A stretch of 64,000 nt of DNA, from NCBI GenBank assembly GCA_963812015.1, contig CAWETI010000003.1:928001-992000 (forward strand), given 5' to 3'. Position 1 is the first letter of the stretch; each line of letters opens with the position of its first letter. Under the pieces are notes generated by a model. The model worked only from the letters and a program-made list of their open reading frames with translations. It was not told the DNA's origin and did not search any database. Position numbers and translations under genes: made by a program. Of this stretch, positions 9,335-18,646 are shown piece by piece. Source of the DNA: an uncultured delta proteobacterium. Its GTDB lineage: Bacteria; Desulfobacterota; Desulfobaccia; Desulfobaccales; 0-14-0-80-60-11.

Positions 9335-9792
9335 CTTTGCACCACCGGTTCGGTCTCCTCCGGGGCCACCGCCACCGGTGCCGGTGTCGGGCTCAGGGGA
9401 CTGGGGCCCAGAACTTTAACTTTTTCATTCATTTCTTTCACCGCGGCCACCCACTTGGGGGCGTCCGAGGCGGCAATTTCATACATGACCAGGCGCTCGG
9501 CTCCCAGGCCGCTCTCTTCTATCAATTGCCGGGCATATTCTACCCGTTCCCGAGCTCTAAGATTTCCCTCCAGGAAATGGCAGCTTCCCGCCTCGCAGCC
9601 ACTCACCATGATGGCGTCGGCGCCGGCCTCAAAGCCCTTCAAAATATGGAGGATGTCAATCCGGCCGGTGCACAGGTATTTGACGATACGCACATTGGCC
9701 GGGTACTGCATCCGGGCCGACCCCGCCATATCCGCGGCCGTGTAAGTGCAATAGGTGCAAATATAGGCCAATATCTTAGGAGTAAATTCCAT
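9331..9792 (-). CDS. mvhD: MvhD/FlpD [2Fe-2S] subunit
   Basis: ILAYICTYCTYTAAD, CTGRID, GADAIMVSGCEAGSCHFLEGN; Cys (not Sec) at all ligand positions. Confidence 0.93.
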   Translation of the reverse strand: MEFTPKILAYICTYCTYTAADMAGSARMQYPANVRIVKYLCTGRIDILHILKGFEAGADAIMVSGCEAGSCHFLEGNLRARERVEYARQLIEESGLGAERLVMYEIAASDAPKWVAAVKEMNEKVKVLGPSPLSPTPAPVAVAPEETEPVVQR

Positions 9793-9824
9793 GGCTTATC
9801 CTCTTTTCCGACCGCAGCATGAGG

Positions 9825-12800
9825 TCAACTCCTTGCTGCCAAGCTAACCGTTGGCCAAGGGGAGCCGATGGCCCCAATTTTGGCAATAAATTGCTCGTCC
9901 AGGTTGTGCTTCACCGCAATGGCCTTCCGGGGGCAGGCGCTGGCGCAGTTGCCGCAGCCCTGGCAGGACGCCGGGTCAATGATCACGACCCTTTCGGCCT
10001 CGTCCACCCTCGGGACTCCGTAGGGGCAGGTGCGGACACAGGTCAGGCAGACGACGCACTTGAGGGGGTCCACCTGGGCCACCGCCCCGTCCACATACAT
10101 CTCTTGTTGGGACAGGACCCCCAGGGCCCGGGCTGCCGCCCCCTTGGCCTGGGCGAGGCTTTCATCCAGGAACTTGGGACCGTGGGCCAGGCCGCACAAG
10201 AAAATGCCGGCGGAGGCGAAATCCAGGGGTCGCAGTTTCAGGTGGGCTTCCATGAAGAAGCCGTCGGCATCAAAGGGCAACTTGAAGGTCCGGGCGATTT
10301 CCTGACTCACCGGATGGGGCCGGATGGCCGAGGAGAGGACCACATAATCAGCCGTAAGCTCCAGGTCCGCCTGGAGAGACTGGTCGTAAACCGCCACTCT
10401 GAGGCTCTGGCCCGCCACCGCCACTTCGGGTTTCCGGTCCGGATCAAAGCGCACAAACTGGACCCCCAGGTCCCGGGCCTTCTTATAGTAAATTTCCTTG
10501 AGGCCGTAAGTCCGGATATCCCGGTAGAGGATGAAGACCTGGGCCCGTGGACTGATCTCTTTGATTTTAATGGCGTTTTTGATGGCCTCGCCGCAGCAGG
10601 TGCGGCTGCAATACTGGTGTTCCGGCTCCCGGGAGCCGACGCATTGGATCATCACCACCCTGGGCTCGGAGCTTAAGGCCTCGGGGGTGTCGGCCAGCAG
10701 GTCCTCCATGGCCGATTGGGTGAGGACCCGGGAATCCTGGCCATACAGGTATTCTTCCGGTTTATACTCCTGACCCCCGGTGGCGATGACTACCACGCCG
10801 AATTCCAGGTCCTTGCGGTCGTGGCCTGATTCCACCGTGCCCCGAAATTTGCCGATATGGCCGGAAACGTTCAGGACCTTGGTGTTGGGCCACCAGTCGA
10901 TGCGGGGGTGGTGTTCCACCCGGCGCACCAGCTCCTGAAGAAAAGGCTGAACTTCATAACCTTCCAGGGTGGAGCGCATCCGCTGGGCCAGGCTGCCGAC
11001 GAGCCGGTCCTGGGCTTCCGCCAGGTAGACCTGGTAACCGCCGTCGGCAATGGTCAGGGCCGCGGTCAGGCCGGCCAGGCCGCCTCCCAACACCAGGGCC
11101 TTCTGGCTCACCGGGAAGAGCAGGTCGCTCAAAGGCTCCAGGATGGCGGCCCGGGCCGTTGACATGCGCACCAGTTCCTTGGCCTTTTCGGTGGCCAGCT
11201 CCGGGGACCCCTGGTGGACCCAGGAGTCCTGGTCCCGGATGTTGGCCATCTCAAAGAGGTACTTGTTCAATCCGGCCTTCCGCAGGTTCTCCTGGAACAG
11301 GGGTTCATGGGTCCGGGGGCTGCAGGAGGCCACCACGATCCGGTTAAGGTTTTCGGTTTCGATCACCTGGCGCATGTTGTCCAGAGAATCCGTGGCGCAG
11401 GTGAAGGTATAGTGGTCGGCATAAACCACATTGGGGAGCGTGAGGGCGTACTCGGCCACCGCGACCACGTCCACCACCCCGGCGATGTTGATGCCGCAGT
11501 GGCAAATAAACACACCGATCCGGGGCTTGGCCCCGATGATCTCCTTTTCCGGGGGGTATGCTTCTTTGGTGAGCAGGGTGCCCCGGGCCTCGGCGAGCAA
11601 GGCCGCCGCCGCCCCGGCCGCCCCGGAAGCCTGGCCCACGGTCTCCGGAATATCTTTGGGAGACTGGAAGGCGCCGCAGGTGAAAATCCCTTCCCGGGAG
11701 GTGGACACCATCTCCAGGGGCCGGCTTTCGACAAAGCCCCAGCGGTCCGTGGCGATGTCGCAGTTGGCCGCCAGTTCCCGGGTAGCCGGATGGGGGTTCA
11801 GGCCCACGGAGAGCACTACCATGTCAAAGATCTCGGTCTGAACCTGACCGGCTTCGTCGACGTAACTGAGTTCCAGATTATGGGTGCGGGGGTCTTGGGC
11901 CACCCGGGAGACCATGGCCCGGATATAGCGCACCCCGTGCTCGGTCTTGGCCCGCTCGTAGTACCGGTCAAAGCCCTTCCCCTGGGCCCGAAAATCGATG
12001 AAGAAGATGGTGGGCTCAATATTATGGTCGTGCTCCCGGGCGATGATGGCCTGCTTGGTGGCGTACATGCAGCACACGTACGAACAATATTCCCGGCCAC
12101 AGGAAGCATCCCGGGAGCCCACGCACTGGATCCAGGCCACTTTCCGGGGCGGGTCCCCGTCGCCGGGGCGTAGCACATGCCCGCCATAAGGCCCGGTGGC
12201 GGAGAGCTCTCGCTCGAACTGGAGGGAAGTCACGACGTTGGGGTAGCGGCCGTAACCGTATTCGGGCTTCTGCCCGGCGTCGAAAGGCCTGAAGCCCGGA
12301 GCCAGGATCATGGCCCCCACCTCGATTTGCCGAGTTCGGGGCTGATCTTGGTGGTTAATGGCGCCGGCCTGGCAGGCAGTTACACACTGCATACATTCGG
12401 AGCACCCCCCGCAATTGATGCAGCGGGCCGCTTCGGCTATGGCTTTGGCTTCGGGGTAGCCCAGGTTGATTTCCTGGAAGCCCTTGATCCACTCTGCCTT
12501 GGGCAACTCCGGCATCATGGGCCGGCGCTTTTTGACGCGGTCGGCCGGCACCGGACTCCAGCGGCCGGCTTCCTTGGCAATCGGCCGGAGGGGCATCTCC
12601 CGCCCGGCTTTCAGATCCTGGCCATTGAGATAGCGGTCGATGGACAGCGCGGCTTCCCGGCCCGCGGCCACCGCGGCGATGGCGATGTAAGGACCGGAGA
12701 CCACGTCGCCGCCGGCATAGACACCCGCACGGCTGGTGGCCAGGGTATCCGGGTCCGCCTCGATCAGGCCCCGGGGGGTGAGTTTGATACCATCCGCTTC

Positions 12801-14303
12801 GGTGATAAATTTGAGGTTGGTCTTCTGGCCGATGGCCATGATGACGATATCGGTGTCCCGGCTTGTGGTTTGATCTTCCCGGTAGGTGGGAGCAAAGCGC
12901 CCGTTTTCATCAAAGACCCGTTCTACGGCTTTGAGTTCGAGGCCGGTGACCAGGCCCTTCAGAGCGAGAATCTGCTTGACGCCCCAACGGTGGATGATCT
13001 CGATGCCCTCGTGCTCGGCCTCGGCCACTTCCCAGGAGGAAGCCGGCATCTCTGCACGGGATTCGAGAGAGATGACCGTGATCGCGCCCCCCTGGCGCCG
13101 GGCCGTCCGGGCCACGTCCATGGCCACGTTGCCGCCGCCGATGACCGTTACTTTCTTGCCCGTGAAGTCGAACTCTTGACCGGAAGCTGAGTCTTTCAGG
13201 TATTCGACGCCCCAGAGGACTCCCTGGGCGTCAGCGCCGGGCACCGGCAAACGGAGCGAATCTTGAGCCCCCACCCCCAAGAACACCGCCCGGAAGCCTT
13301 CCTGGGTGAGAAGATCGTTGATGGTGCGGCCGGAGCCGCCCATGGGGGAGTTATAGTTGATCTGCACCCCCAGGCGCTGGATGTAGTCTACTTCGCGCTT
13401 AAGGACTTCCCTGGGCAGGCGGTACTCGGGAATGCCGTACCGCAGCCAGCCGCCGGCCTCCGGCGCCGCTTCGAAGATCACCGCTTGGTAGCCCTTGAGG
13501 GCGAGATGATAGGCGCAGCTTAAACCGGACGGTCCGGCCCCGACAATGGCCACGGCCTCGGACCGCTGGTCCACTTCGGGCATCGGCAGCGTTTTCCAGT
13601 CCACCGAGTCGGCCACAAAACGCTTCAGATTGCAGATGGCCACGGGCTCGTCCACTTCCTGGCGCCGGCAGTCCACTTCGCAGGGATGGGGGCAGATGCG
13701 GCCGATGGTGCCGGGGAGCGGCAGCCGGTCCATGATGAGGGAGAGGGCCTCGGGGAATTTCCCCGCCTTGACGAGCTGCACATAGCCCTGCACGCTCAAA
13801 TTTGCCGGACAGCCCCGGACACAGGGGGCCCGGTCCAGCTTCTTGATGGCAAAGGTGGCCGGAATCGCCTGGGGGAAGTGCCGGTAGGCGGCATGGCGCA
13901 CGCCCAGGCCCTCATCGAAAGCCGAGGGCATTTCCACCGGGCAGGCTTCCGCACAGGCTCCGCAGGCGTTGCACTTGTCACGGTCGATGTAGCGGGGCTC
14001 CTGGCGGAGAGTGACGCGGAAATGGCCCGCCTCACCCTCCACCTTGGCAACCTCCGACTGAGTGATGATCTCGATGTCGGGGTGCCGGGCCACCTCGATG
14101 AGCTTGGGAGAGATTAAACAGGTGGAGCAATCGTTGGTGGGAAAGGTCTTGTCCAACTGGGCCATGACCCCGCCGATGGAGATGTCCTGCTCCACCAGGT
14201 AGACCTTGAAACCCGCATTCGCTGCGTCCAGGGCGGCCTGCATGCCGGCGATGCCGCCCCCCACCACGGTGATGGCGCCGATTTTTGTGTGGTCAGTTGG
14301 CAT
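9825..14303 (-). CDS. hdrA: Large HdrA (HdrL type) with an inserted GltD-like NAD(P)H/FAD oxidoreductase module
   Basis: VVGGGIAG..LDKTFPTNDCSTC; APCVRGCP..GRICPHPCEVDCRR, IVGAGPSG, VIGGGNVAMD (GltD-like); WIQCVGSRD..CSYVCC; FICHCGINI, ASCSPRTHE, NIRDQDSWVH; C-terminal ferredoxin. Confidence 0.92.
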   Translation of the reverse strand: MPTDHTKIGAITVVGGGIAGMQAALDAANAGFKVYLVEQDISIGGVMAQLDKTFPTNDCSTCLISPKLIEVARHPDIEIITQSEVAKVEGEAGHFRVTLRQEPRYIDRDKCNACGACAEACPVEMPSAFDEGLGVRHAAYRHFPQAIPATFAIKKLDRAPCVRGCPANLSVQGYVQLVKAGKFPEALSLIMDRLPLPGTIGRICPHPCEVDCRRQEVDEPVAICNLKRFVADSVDWKTLPMPEVDQRSEAVAIVGAGPSGLSCAYHLALKGYQAVIFEAAPEAGGWLRYGIPEYRLPREVLKREVDYIQRLGVQINYNSPMGGSGRTINDLLTQEGFRAVFLGVGAQDSLRLPVPGADAQGVLWGVEYLKDSASGQEFDFTGKKVTVIGGGNVAMDVARTARRQGGAITVISLESRAEMPASSWEVAEAEHEGIEIIHRWGVKQILALKGLVTGLELKAVERVFDENGRFAPTYREDQTTSRDTDIVIMAIGQKTNLKFITEADGIKLTPRGLIEADPDTLATSRAGVYAGGDVVSGPYIAIAAVAAGREAALSIDRYLNGQDLKAGREMPLRPIAKEAGRWSPVPADRVKKRRPMMPELPKAEWIKGFQEINLGYPEAKAIAEAARCINCGGCSECMQCVTACQAGAINHQDQPRTRQIEVGAMILAPGFRPFDAGQKPEYGYGRYPNVVTSLQFERELSATGPYGGHVLRPGDGDPPRKVAWIQCVGSRDASCGREYCSYVCCMYATKQAIIAREHDHNIEPTIFFIDFRAQGKGFDRYYERAKTEHGVRYIRAMVSRVAQDPRTHNLELSYVDEAGQVQTEIFDMVVLSVGLNPHPATRELAANCDIATDRWGFVESRPLEMVSTSREGIFTCGAFQSPKDIPETVGQASGAAGAAAALLAEARGTLLTKEAYPPEKEIIGAKPRIGVFICHCGINIAGVVDVVAVAEYALTLPNVVYADHYTFTCATDSLDNMRQVIETENLNRIVVASCSPRTHEPLFQENLRKAGLNKYLFEMANIRDQDSWVHQGSPELATEKAKELVRMSTARAAILEPLSDLLFPVSQKALVLGGGLAGLTAALTIADGGYQVYLAEAQDRLVGSLAQRMRSTLEGYEVQPFLQELVRRVEHHPRIDWWPNTKVLNVSGHIGKFRGTVESGHDRKDLEFGVVVIATGGQEYKPEEYLYGQDSRVLTQSAMEDLLADTPEALSSEPRVVMIQCVGSREPEHQYCSRTCCGEAIKNAIKIKEISPRAQVFILYRDIRTYGLKEIYYKKARDLGVQFVRFDPDRKPEVAVAGQSLRVAVYDQSLQADLELTADYVVLSSAIRPHPVSQEIARTFKLPFDADGFFMEAHLKLRPLDFASAGIFLCGLAHGPKFLDESLAQAKGAAARALGVLSQQEMYVDGAVAQVDPLKCVVCLTCVRTCPYGVPRVDEAERVVIIDPASCQGCGNCASACPRKAIAVKHNLDEQFIAKIGAIGSPWPTVSLAARS

Positions 14304-15151
14304 CAGATCAATCCTTTATCCTTCAGCAACGGCCGCGGGTCCACCAGATGGCGGGCGAGCCAGGCCTCGGCCTCGGGGTGCCCCAGGGCCAACCCGATGA
14401 GTTCGGTAAAATAGAACACCGGCAAGTAGTAATCTTGGCCAAACTTTGCCGAGATGCGCGCCTGGGCCAGATCCAGGTTGGCCTGGCACATCTGGCAAGC
14501 GACCACGAAACACTCGGCCCCTGCCGCCATGGCCCGGTCATAGAGGCGGTTCACCAGGGTATCGATAATATCCGGCCGGGCCATCGCTAGGCCAGCGCCG
14601 CAGCAGTCGGTCTTGTAGGACCAATCAAGGGGCTCGGCCTGCAGCACGTGGAGCAATCGCTCCAAATCCTGAGGATTTTCCCAATCGGCTTTGTCGGTGA
14701 TCTCCGGTGGCCGAGATGCCAGGCAGCCGTAATAGCCCACCGCTTTCAGGCCGGTCAGGGGCCGCACCATCTTCTGCTCCAGGTTGGACAGAAATGATTT
14801 CTGGGTGAGGAAGTCCAGCAGGTCCCAGATCTTGACGCCATTTTGGGGAGAAACCGATAAGCCCTCTTCCCGGCGGTGCTGCTCCTTTTCGGCGGCTTTG
14901 AGCCGGTTGAAGCACAGGGCGCAGGGAACCACCACGTCCATTCCGGCCTGCCGGGCCAGGGCCAGGTTGCGGGCCGGAAGCTCAAAGGACAGTTGATGAT
15001 TGAGGCTGTGGGCGGCACTGGCGCCGCAACAGTTCCAATCCTCAAGTTCGGCCAACTCCAGGCCCAGCAGCGGAGTGACGGCGGCGATGGACGCGGCGTA
15101 ATCTGCGGCGGTGCCTTCCAAAGAACAGCCTGGGTAATAGGATACCTTCAT
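14303..15151 (-). CDS. hdrB: Heterodisulfide reductase subunit B (two CCG domains)
   Basis: MKVSYYPGCSL, WNCCGA, PCALCF, YYGC, DCCGAG, ACQMCQANLD. Confidence 0.93.
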   Translation of the reverse strand: MKVSYYPGCSLEGTAADYAASIAAVTPLLGLELAELEDWNCCGASAAHSLNHQLSFELPARNLALARQAGMDVVVPCALCFNRLKAAEKEQHRREEGLSVSPQNGVKIWDLLDFLTQKSFLSNLEQKMVRPLTGLKAVGYYGCLASRPPEITDKADWENPQDLERLLHVLQAEPLDWSYKTDCCGAGLAMARPDIIDTLVNRLYDRAMAAGAECFVVACQMCQANLDLAQARISAKFGQDYYLPVFYFTELIGLALGHPEAEAWLARHLVDPRPLLKDKGLI

Positions 15152-15158
15152 GAGTGCC

Positions 15159-15740
15159 TTAAGCCCCCGAATGTCGAAAGATTTCTTTGATCTCATCGCG
15201 CCCCTTGAGGGCCGGTGGGCCGGCCGGGTGCAACCGGCCGCGTCTTAAGAGGCCCCAGCCAAGCTTGAAATTTTCCCAGAGCTCTCTGATTTGAGGCCGC
15301 CGCCGGAGTTTATACAGGGTAAAGCGTCGCATCAGCGCCACTTCAGGCAAGCGCCCCCCAGCCCGGCGGATGCTTGCCAGGAAGAAGCGATGGAAAACCG
15401 CGACCTCCGGCTGATCGATGGTCTTTCCCTGCCGGATCGCCTCCTCCTTGAGCCAGTCCATGACGCCGGCGATGTCGATGCCATTGGGGCAGCGGGTGCT
15501 GCACGTGACGCAGGCTGCGCAGACCCAGATGGTCCGGCAGCCCAGGAGCGCTTCCGTTTGACCCAGGAGAGCCAGACGGATGACCCGGTCCGGGAGCACA
15601 TCCATAGCAAAAGTCAGGGGACAACCGGCGGAGCACTTTTTACATTGAAAACAGGAGGACAGCGGAGTGGCCATTTCCTTGGCCAGGCGCTCCTGTAAAG
15701 CAAAAGCAGGGACCAGCGGTTGGGTTGGGTTGATTTCCAT
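15159..15740 (-). CDS. hdrC: Heterodisulfide reductase subunit C
   Basis: CFQCKKCSAGCP and IWVCAACVTCSTRCP; ATG at 15740 with GGAG upstream. Confidence 0.9.
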   Translation of the reverse strand: MEINPTQPLVPAFALQERLAKEMATPLSSCFQCKKCSAGCPLTFAMDVLPDRVIRLALLGQTEALLGCRTIWVCAACVTCSTRCPNGIDIAGVMDWLKEEAIRQGKTIDQPEVAVFHRFFLASIRRAGGRLPEVALMRRFTLYKLRRRPQIRELWENFKLGWGLLRRGRLHPAGPPALKGRDEIKEIFRHSGA

Positions 15741-16016
15741 AAAGATTAGCTCCAATGAGAAGATCTGCCTCTCGTGCCGGCTATCCAGGTGAAAGCGTGG
15801 CGACCGGCGGCCTTCTCTGGATATTCTATAAGTAGGATAGCCAGGTTCATGGTAAATTCACCAATCCGGCCGGTATTTCCGAGTATGTCCAAGGTGCCCC
15901 GATGCAATCTTACTGAGCAGAAGATTTATGCCGGCCGGGCCTGGATGGCGGCAACCGGATGCGCCGCAGTACGTTCTCCTGATCATTTTGGCTGGCCTGG
16001 ACATTACCTCTATTCA

Positions 16017-16032
16017 AGCAAAGGATATGCCA
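16017..16032 (-). promoter_or_regulatory. sigma54 promoter of the hdrCBA-mvhD-metVF operon
   Basis: Minus strand TGGCATATCCTTTGCT, GG-N10-GC spacing, about 280 nt upstream of hdrC. Confidence 0.75.
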
Positions 16033-16108
16033 AGTCCCGGCCTGGTCCTTAAGTCGTTACTTTAACGAACATTTATTCATAATTCGGGAAAATCCGGGCT
16101 CTATCAAT

Positions 16109-16193
16109 TGTCGAATAATGCCACAGTAAATCAGGTGAAGTTATATAAGGCATTAATTTTCTTCATACTTTCGAATTGTTGAATATTTAGACA
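16109..16193. promoter_or_regulatory. Putative enhancer (UAS) sites for the hdr operon
   Basis: TGTCGAATAATGCCACA (16109-16125) and TGTTGAATATTTAGACA (16177-16193); same TGTYG-N9-(A/C)CA pattern as 495-542. Confidence 0.5.
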
Positions 16194-16610
16194 GCTGTGG
16201 GGAAATTAGCCAGAACACCTCACTCGGGCTCTCCACAAAATGCCGGATCGAGGGCGTCAGGCAAAACGCAGCCCTCCCCAATGGCCACTTAACTTAGAGG
16301 AATTACACTATAAACAGGATGTGATCGCAAAAAATGCCTCGCCTTCGGACCCTCAGGCTTTTTGTGGCAGGAGGGTTCCGCCGCTTGGGCTTGAAGGGGT
16401 TGGAGGAGTTGGGAGACGCGGTTGTTTTAGTATCCTACCCGCATCCGTGCACTTGGGATTGATTTCAAGGATCAGCGTAAGGAAGGGTAAATCAGCCAGA
16501 GGCAAGGACAACCGAGACTATCCCCAGACTGAGGTATGATAAACCCAGGTAATCCGGGAATAGGGCGCCGGTCCGGCCCCGGGCCTGCTTTTTAAAACCA
16601 TTTACCTCAA

Positions 16611-17420
16611 CTACATAAAATCCGGCTCCGGGAGCGGTTCTTGGCTTGGCTTGACCGGCCTGGGTTTCTTCTTGGGGGGCATGCCCTGGGGGACGATCAC
16701 CGGGAGAGGTTCCAGCTGACGGCTAATGGCCCAGCCCACCGCGCCGCTGGAAGGTTGGCGAACGTTAAGCCAACCCTCGGTTTCCCCGATTTTTTCCACC
16801 TGATCGTTAACGCTCAAAGTTCTCACGACCTCGGAGAGGTTCGAGGGTTTGGCTCGCAAGATAAGTTTTCTGACGGCCACATAGTAATAGGGTTTTTGGG
16901 ACGGCTTTTCCAAAGCTTCCTCGAGGTGCTCCGTCAGGGCCGAGGCCGGCAGCCAGCCGAGGCTGCGGCTTTTCATCACCAAGACCCGCCACCAACCCTG
17001 ATCACCCGCTTCGACTCGTTGCACCTGATCGCCCCGGAAAAGGACCTGTAAGGGCAGGCAATCGCGGCGAGGGCACTCCCGCAGCGGCATGCCGTCCTCT
17101 TTGACAAAGAAAAAAACGGTGGCAACCGACTCAGAACTGAGTAAATCCTTGTGAACCCATCCCGTCTGCCCACTCCGCTGGAGTTCAACCCGCCACCAGG
17201 CAGATTCGCCCCCATCCACCCGTCTCACCTTATCGCCTCGATACAGCGGGCCCACGACATTCTCGCCGTATCCGGGGCTGTCCAGCAAATAGGTGATTTC
17301 CGGGGTAACAAAGAAAGGACCTTCCGGGGGTTTCACCTCCGGAGAGGTTGCACAGGACCCAGCCAGACCCAGAAGCAGGCAAAGGATGATTAATCCGGTT
17401 AAATCAGTGTATGATCGCAT
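16611..17420 (-). CDS. Lipoprotein with three bacterial SH3 (SH3b-like) domains
   Basis: Lipobox-like LAGSC; three repeats of L..GD.V..(W)W.V....GW; Pro/Lys-rich tail. Confidence 0.8.
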   Translation of the reverse strand: MRSYTDLTGLIILCLLLGLAGSCATSPEVKPPEGPFFVTPEITYLLDSPGYGENVVGPLYRGDKVRRVDGGESAWWRVELQRSGQTGWVHKDLLSSESVATVFFFVKEDGMPLRECPRRDCLPLQVLFRGDQVQRVEAGDQGWWRVLVMKSRSLGWLPASALTEHLEEALEKPSQKPYYYVAVRKLILRAKPSNLSEVVRTLSVNDQVEKIGETEGWLNVRQPSSGAVGWAISRQLEPLPVIVPQGMPPKKKPRPVKPSQEPLPEPDFM

Positions 17421-17438
17421 AGCTCATGCAGCACTTTT

Positions 17439-17963
17439 CTAGTTCGCCTTATCCAAGGCCTTGACCCGCCATTGCCCCGATTCTCGGACGAATCTGATCA
17501 AGTAGGTCTTTACAATCGTTTTATTTTGGCGGGTGCGGAGATTTTGCGCCTCAACGTTCCAATTTACCCGAGCCAGGGCAGTCGTGTCATCTAAAAGGCT
17601 GATTTCCTTTATTTGAAAATCCATTTTCGGGTAGTCATAGATTTTCCAGCTTGCTGAGATATGTTGGGCCCGTTGGGACAAGCGGGGGAAGTTTGGCGAG
17701 TAATAGCTTAAAAGTTGGGCTAAATCCTTTTTCTGATTGGCCGCCCCGATCCCGGCAAGTACCTGGGCTAATTGGCCTTTCAGGAGAGCGCTCGGGTCGG
17801 CGGGGACCTGGGCCGGGACCGGTGGGGACACAGGTAAGCCTTTATCCGGCTGGGTTTGAGCTGGCGGGGGCTGCGCCTCTTGGTGGGAGGGCGGTGAGGA
17901 GGGGGTTCCCGTGAGGAAGAACCATACGACAAAACCGATCAGCACACACCCGACGCCCAGCAC
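17439..17963 (-). CDS. Membrane-anchored NTF2/SnoaL-like fold protein; the frame extends to ATG 18026/18029 across an in-frame TGA
   Basis: N-terminal TM, Pro-rich linker, A..KD....SYYS.....W..YD....W.......GQWRV; paralog at 47860-48609. Confidence 0.7.
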   Translation of the reverse strand: MLGVGCVLIGFVVWFFLTGTPSSPPSHQEAQPPPAQTQPDKGLPVSPPVPAQVPADPSALLKGQLAQVLAGIGAANQKKDLAQLLSYYSPNFPRLSQRAQHISASWKIYDYPKMDFQIKEISLLDDTTALARVNWNVEAQNLRTRQNKTIVKTYLIRFVRESGQWRVKALDKAN

Positions 17964-18490
17964 GAAGCCGTGTATCCAGATATGCTTTCAGCTGGGCAGC
18001 GCTTGAGAGGATTTTCGCTGATCCATCATCGTCCCCGGCTCAATCCATCATGTGGCTATATGATACCAAAACCTCCTCCCTTACGAAAGCCTAATCATGA
18101 TGCCAGGCTCCGGGTCCGCCGCCGGTCAGGAAGTTTAAACCTCCCCGCCAATTATGCTTCTCAGCTTCGGACCGCCGGTCACCCCTTAATTAGGTTATAA
18201 TAGGGTTGATTTCGCCGATTTCATCCCCGGTCCGGGCCAGGCGTCCTGGCGTGGCAAATCAGGGTCGGCTACCGGAAGTTTCTTTCCGGGGGGGGTGGCG
18301 GAAAAGTCGCGGCGGCAGGAGGTGGCTCACCCTTGCGCGGCGGTGCTGGCCTGGGCTGCAGGGGCCGACGCCCCACCAAGAATCTGCGAATCAAGGGGAA
18401 GGTTGCCGGGCCGCAACCTTGGGCTTGGTGCAGGCGAGGCGCCATGACTTGGACAGGGACCAGGACGGTTACCAGCTATGAGACGGGAAG

Positions 18491-18613
18491 CTATTTCAAA
18501 AGCGATTTATGGTGTCACCCTGAGCGCCAGCCAAGGGTCTAGAGTATTGGAAAGACAAGATTTTTCGCTTCGCTCAGAATGACAAACCGGCGCAACAAGA
18601 GGTTTTGCAATAG
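18491..18613. repeat. MITE-like palindromic element
   Basis: Terminal IR CTATTTCAAAA / TTTTGCAATAG enclosing TGTCACCCTGAGCG ... CGCTCAGAATGACA; a remnant GCTCAGAATGACA also occurs at 28591-28603. Confidence 0.6.
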
Positions 18614-18646
18614 GTCCTATGAAATTTTAGCCGGGCACTCCACCGG

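Noticed and set aside
3537..15740. Selenocysteine recoding in HdrA or MvhD
   Set aside because: The ORFs are continuous and the Sec-prone positions are Cys codons
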